DNA of 64,000 nt from Eledone cirrhosa. Its lineage: Eukaryota. The stretch covers positions 289,912,001-289,976,000 of the forward strand of contig OZ024741.1 of NCBI GenBank assembly GCA_964016885.1, in the 5' to 3' direction. Below the pieces are notes generated by a model that saw only the letters and a list, made by a program, of their open reading frames with translations, did no database searches and had not been told where the DNA came from. A program made the position numbers and the translations under genes. Shown in pieces: positions 59,627-64,000 of the stretch (positions are counted from its first letter, which is position 1; every line of letters begins with the position of its first letter).

Positions 59627-59910
59627 AATTTCTTTATTAGCCACAAGGGCACAAAAGAAGGGGACAAATACAAATGGGGAGTTTACATACAGGTATATGA
59701 AAATAAAACTATTAATAAAATAACAAATAACAATTGAAATCCCCAATAGGGGGGAGGCGTTACACAGGGGTTGTACAAACCCCGAAGAAATGTACTCCCC
59801 TCATCTCCAGGAGCACCAAGAGTGAATACTCCCTTCCTCTCTTCCTCTTTTTCCTCAACCTACAGGCTTATATAGAGAGAAGGCCCAACCGCTCGGGCCA
59901 TCTTTGCTAC
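59627..59910 (-). mobile_element. 5'-truncated L1/Tx1-like retrotransposon, copy 2: last 16 codons (VAKMARAVGPSLYISL*) plus 3' UTR
   Basis: Homologous to copies 1 and 3. Stop at 59860-59862(-), AATAAA at 59633-59638(-). (GATA)n on both sides. Confidence 0.85.

Positions 59911-59954
<44 letters not shown>
59911..59954. repeat. Perfect (AGAT)11 microsatellite between LINE copies 2 and 3
   Basis: Read directly. Confidence 0.97.
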
Positions 59955-59955
<1 letters not shown>

Positions 59956-60917
59956 TCTTTCTTTATTTGCCACAGGGGCGTACAAAAATGGGACATTACA
60001 AGACGTGACGGCGGGGGTTTTAGATAAAAATAACTTTAACATTAATAAATAACAATAAACTATATATAATAAAATAACAATTGAAATCCCCAATAGGGAT
60101 GAACGTTAATGCAGGGTTGTTTTACACCCCGTGGATAGAACAATCCTCAACACCAGGAACACGTTTCGTAGGTGTTCCCGTCTTCCCTCTGTTTATCTTC
60201 CTCAACCTACAGGTTTATATACAGAGAAGGCCCATTCACTCGGGCCATTTTCGCAACATTCACCCACCTTTCAGCGAATTTACTGGGATGTAGCACCTCT
60301 CTCTCCACTCTCACCTTCCTTCTGAAGTTATACTTAAAGAAGGGGATAAGGTGTTGTCCGGAGAGAAAGGTGTTTGGCCCCAGTCCTTTTAACCTCGTCC
60401 ACCATATTACCTCTTTCGCCATAGCCACCAGACAGAGGAAAACCGCCTCTCCTTCATTCTTAAATGAAGGCGGTGGGGTGATCCTCACGATGGACTCGGC
60501 TGACAACTGGATGCGTCCCACACGTGACAGCATCTGTTCGACATAATTCCACAGGTCGGTCACCCCTGGGCACTGAACAATTGCGTGCAGAGCGGTTTCG
60601 ATGTCCTGCTCGCATCTTGGACAGGTCCTTTTGGCAGGATCTCTGCCAGGGCGTCCGTGCCTCTAGATTTTGTCTTGAACTGGTAGAGCTCCTTGGTAAC
60701 ACTGCCAGGCCAGAGACCTCTGGAAGTTATTCATAGGCCCTGGACGGAAAGTCCTACCGAACAGACTGGTCAGTTCGTCCTCCTCGATGCCTAGAGTTTC
60801 CCCGAGAACGTCGTCGCACTTATCCTCCACTAATCCCCTATAGAATGTCGAAGTGGAGTCTCCGCTGATTCCCATTTACGCTTGGTAGAGGGCTGTGAGC
60901 GCCTGTAGGCACTCGAG
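59956..60917 (-). mobile_element. 5'-truncated L1/Tx1-like retrotransposon, copy 3 (~960 bp)
   Basis: ORF2 C-terminal region with a CCHC knuckle, a ~250-nt 3' UTR and AATAAA at 59962-59967(-). (GATA)n on both sides. Confidence 0.9.
60207..60917 (-). pseudogene. Decayed ORF2 C-terminus (zf-RVT-like region) of LINE copy 3
   Basis: ORFs 60663-60875 and 60207-60563 are in the same frame. Reading through gives LECLQALTALYQA*MGISG...SLAWQCYQGALPVQDKI*RHGRPGRDPAKRTCPRCEQDIETALHAIVQCPGVTDLWNYV...; CPRC-x8-H-x4-C with ETxxH is the L1/Tx1 ORF2 zinc knuckle. In-frame stops at 60876-60878 and 60663-60665, no frameshift. Confidence 0.85.
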
Positions 60918-60967
60918 GATAGATAGATAGATATATAGATAGATAGATAGATAGATAGAGAGATAGA
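60918..60967. repeat. (GATA)n microsatellite at the 5' truncation point of LINE copy 3
   Basis: Read directly, with two interruptions. No LINE 3' end follows it. Confidence 0.95.
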
Positions 60968-61029
60968 ATGATTTCAGCTACAGAAAGGAAAGAACTATTT
61001 ACAATGGAAGTTGTAACAGTTACACACTG

Positions 61030-61530
61030 CGATGACAGCAATGATGATGAAGACGATGATGTTGATGATAAAGAAGATGATGATGATGATGAGATGCTGA
61101 TGATAATGATGATGATGATGTTGGTGGTGACGTTGACGATGGCGACCATGTTGACGACGCTGAAGACGACGACGGCGGCGACGATGTTGATGATGTTGAT
61201 GTTGATGGTGATGGTGACGATGGTGATGATGTTGACGACGCCGAAGACAACGACGGCGGCGGCGGCGGCAACGATGTTGTTGATGATGATGATGTTGTTG
61301 ATGGTGACGGTGGCGATGGCGACGATGTTCACGACGATAAAGACAACGACGACGGCGGCCACGATGCTGTTGATGATGATGATGATGTTGATGATGTTGA
61401 CGGCGATGAAGACAACGACGACGGCGGCGGCACGATGTTGATGATGATGATGATGATGATGTTGATAATGATGAAGATGTTGATGACGTTGATAACAAAG
61501 AAGACGATGGAGGAGGGAGGTGGTGGTGAT
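61030..61530 (+). repeat. (GAT/GAC/GGC/GTT)n trinucleotide tract with about four internal 68-97-bp units
   Basis: The motif AAGAC(A/G)ACGAC..GGCGGC..ACGATG(T/C)TG recurs near 61164, 61244, 61340 and 61409. Confidence 0.85.
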
Positions 61531-61767
61531 GTTCGTGTTTGTGGAAGAGCCGGATAAACAATGGCCATTATGAATGTGGTGATGATTGTGGTGCTGTGTG
61601 GTGCTTGACTTAGCTTTCTCTGCTGGGAAGGTGTAGGGAAGGTAGAACGGTACTGTGATTATCTCCTCTCAAGCAATGCTCTTTGTCACTAATCTTCCAA
61701 GAATTTTGAAGAATTGGATTCAAACACAAAGTGTCATTTCATCACACAGCTTTACTTCATATGTTTC

Positions 61768-61990
61768 TTGTTGTTGTTGTTGTTGTTGTTGTGTGTTTAT
61801 CTCTTTACATGTTTCTTACTTTCATTTATTCTTTCTTTCTTTCGTTGTTTTCTGGAAGATTGGATGATAAAGTAATTCGTGTTGTTGTTGTTGTTGTTGT
61901 TTTTGTGTTTTTTTTTTGTTTTTTGTTGTTGTTGTTGTTGTTGTTGATTATGTTATTGATGTTGTTATTGATGTTGTTATTCTTGTTGAT
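61768..61990. repeat. Cluster of (GTT)n and T-rich microsatellites
   Basis: GTT runs near 61768-61791, 61881-61900 and 61925-61946. Confidence 0.9.
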
Positions 61991-62277
61991 AGTGTCATAC
62001 GTATGGGGAGAGGGCTGAAGGTTAGACAGATAAGTACACGGAAAGACATACTCAAATAAATAGATATATTAAGAGAAAGTGAGAGAGAGGGTATATGAAT
62101 GAGAGAGAACGAGAGGGAGAGAGAGAGAGTGGATGAAAGACGGAGGGAGAGAAGCAGGGAGCAAATTAAAAAGAGAGACAAAAACATTGAAAAACTAGTA
62201 ACACCCATTCACACGCATATGTTTATATACACATGCATAATTTATATACAAACGTAAACATACAGACTCAAACACAC

Positions 62278-62637
<360 letters not shown>

Positions 62638-62811
62638 AGAAGAAAGTAAGGGAAAGAGTGACAATGCCGTAGGAGAAAGCTGGGTATGGAAGAGAAATTG
62701 AAGATTAATGAGAATAAGGAGGAAATGTCACGATTGACTGAGAAAATGTGTGTATATGTGTGTATTAACGTGCATGTACGTATGTATGTTAGCGTGTACG
62801 TATTTTAGGTG

Positions 62812-62932
62812 ACGGTGCTTGGTTTCGTCGTTAGGGTGTTCGGCTCATAACTTTAGGGTCGTGGGTTCGATTGCCAGCGGCTCTTTGTGCCTTTTACTTC
62901 ATGTTACTGCAGTCTTTTCACTAGCAAATGGT
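62812..62932 (+). mobile_element. Decayed tRNA-derived SINE (5' head and start of body)
   Basis: A-box-like TGGTTTCGTCGTTAG at 62820 and B-box-like GGTTCGATTGC at 62864, at tRNA-like spacing. No complete cloverleaf. Confidence 0.6.
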
Positions 62933-63282
62933 TCCGTTATTCGAACAACTAAACACTGTCATTGGAACAGACGTAGATCGCACTCACACACACTCGCACA
63001 CATATACGTATTGTGTTAGTTTGTTTGTATATGTGTACAAGCATTGTACCTAGAGTGTGTGTTGAATGTATGTCTGTATGTATGTGTATAACAATAATCT
63101 CTCTCACCTTCTCTCTTCTCTCCCTCCCCTCTCTCTTATTCTCTCTCTCTCTTGTAAATGCTCACTAAGTATCCACTTTGGTAAAAAAAAAAAGAGAAAC
63201 AAAAAAAAAAACAGCACCCAAAATTTCTCTTGTCTGTTCTTTGTTTTGTTATCGTCGTATATGCATATTCCCGACGGAGCAG

Positions 63283-63350
63283 GCTCAGATCTGATGCGCA
63301 AGCTGGCATTACAACTGCAACACTACATTAACTCGCAAAACTGCACCACT
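63283..63350 (+). CDS. Weak candidate internal exon (..SDLMRKLALQLQHYINSQNCTT), product unknown
   Basis: Island of complex sequence. Pyrimidine tract at ~63224-63250, CAG ending 63282, GTAAGG at 63351, and one frame open across it. No homology recognised. Confidence 0.2.
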
Positions 63351-63462
63351 GTAAGGTGGCTGTTGAGGCATTGAAGCATTTGAGTGTTCGTGTTATGTAA
63401 CTCTGCATTTTCAGCTGATACTATATATGAATGTGTGCGCGTATATATATATATATATATAC

Positions 63463-63491
63463 ATATATATATCCAGGGTCTTTGTCTTATA

Positions 63492-63543
<52 letters not shown>

Positions 63544-63562
63544 TATAAGACAAAGACCCTGG

Positions 63563-63572
<10 letters not shown>
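63463..63572. repeat. Perfect 110-bp palindrome centred on (TA)n
   Basis: ATCCAGGGTCTTTGTCTTATATTATTTA-(TA)n-TAAATAATATAAGACAAAGACCCTGGAT; centre between 63517 and 63518. Confidence 0.95.
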
Positions 63573-63607
<35 letters not shown>

Positions 63608-64000
63608 CGTATGTGTGTGGATAGCAATAGAGAGACAATCTGTTTATTAGTGAGAAAACAACACAGACAACATATGTGTGTGTGTTGTTGTTTGTATCTA
63701 TATTTGAGTGTATATCTGCATGTGTATAAATATAAAATTAAATGAATGAATGATAATATTTAGTCAAAATGATTGTAAGACCTGGTGTCAATATTTTAAG
63801 ATTGCATGACGTCTGCTAAACTATATTTGTTAGTGGGGTTCTGTGTATTTATGAGATTCTGACTCTTTATATCCGTATATATGTGTATATATATTTGAAT
63901 ATATGTGTGTGTATGTTTATATGTGTGCATGGCATGTGCGGCCGTGTGTGAGCGTGTGATTTAATTTAATTCCTAAGCACGTATTTAACCGCAACAATAA

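Noticed and set aside
59004-60736. Plus-strand and alternate-frame ORFs over the LINE copies
   Set aside because: Antisense or off-frame shadows of the ORF2 remnants.
58799-60917. LINE copies as a local tandem duplication or as LTRs of one element
   Set aside because: Different 5' truncation points, substantial divergence with frames preserved, a non-LTR ORF2 zinc knuckle, and no TG..CA termini.
60838-61568. His/Arg-, Ser- and Met/Thr-rich ORFs
   Set aside because: Overlapping ORFs in several frames on both strands of a trinucleotide tract; low-complexity artefacts.
62812-62885. Functional tRNA gene
   Set aside because: A and B boxes are degenerate and no acceptor stem or cloverleaf forms; better explained as a SINE head.

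Overview
Eukaryotic, gene-poor, repeat-dominated DNA. The SINE fragments and microsatellite content resemble octopus/cephalopod DNA (recalled from memory, not searched). Bases 1-~57243 are one uninterrupted, single-orientation satellite of a 28-bp monomer (GTCTGTGTAGTGTAGTGTGTCTGGTGTT, 24/28 G+T). It has four successive variant domains and nested higher-order periods (112/135 bp, ~1.6-2.9 kb, 5336 bp). The long Thr/His-rich minus-strand ORFs arise because that strand of the monomer cannot form stop codons. The last 6.7 kb holds microsatellites, two decayed SINE fragments, TA-centred palindromes and one weak exon candidate. It also holds three co-oriented, 5'-truncated, mutually diverged copies of an L1/Tx1-type non-LTR retrotransposon. 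Each copy sits in a (GATA)n-type tract and has the same 3' junction architecture with no poly(A), which suggests a (GATA)n/(TATC)n-targeting LINE family. This is the best candidate for something new. No intact protein-coding gene is supported.
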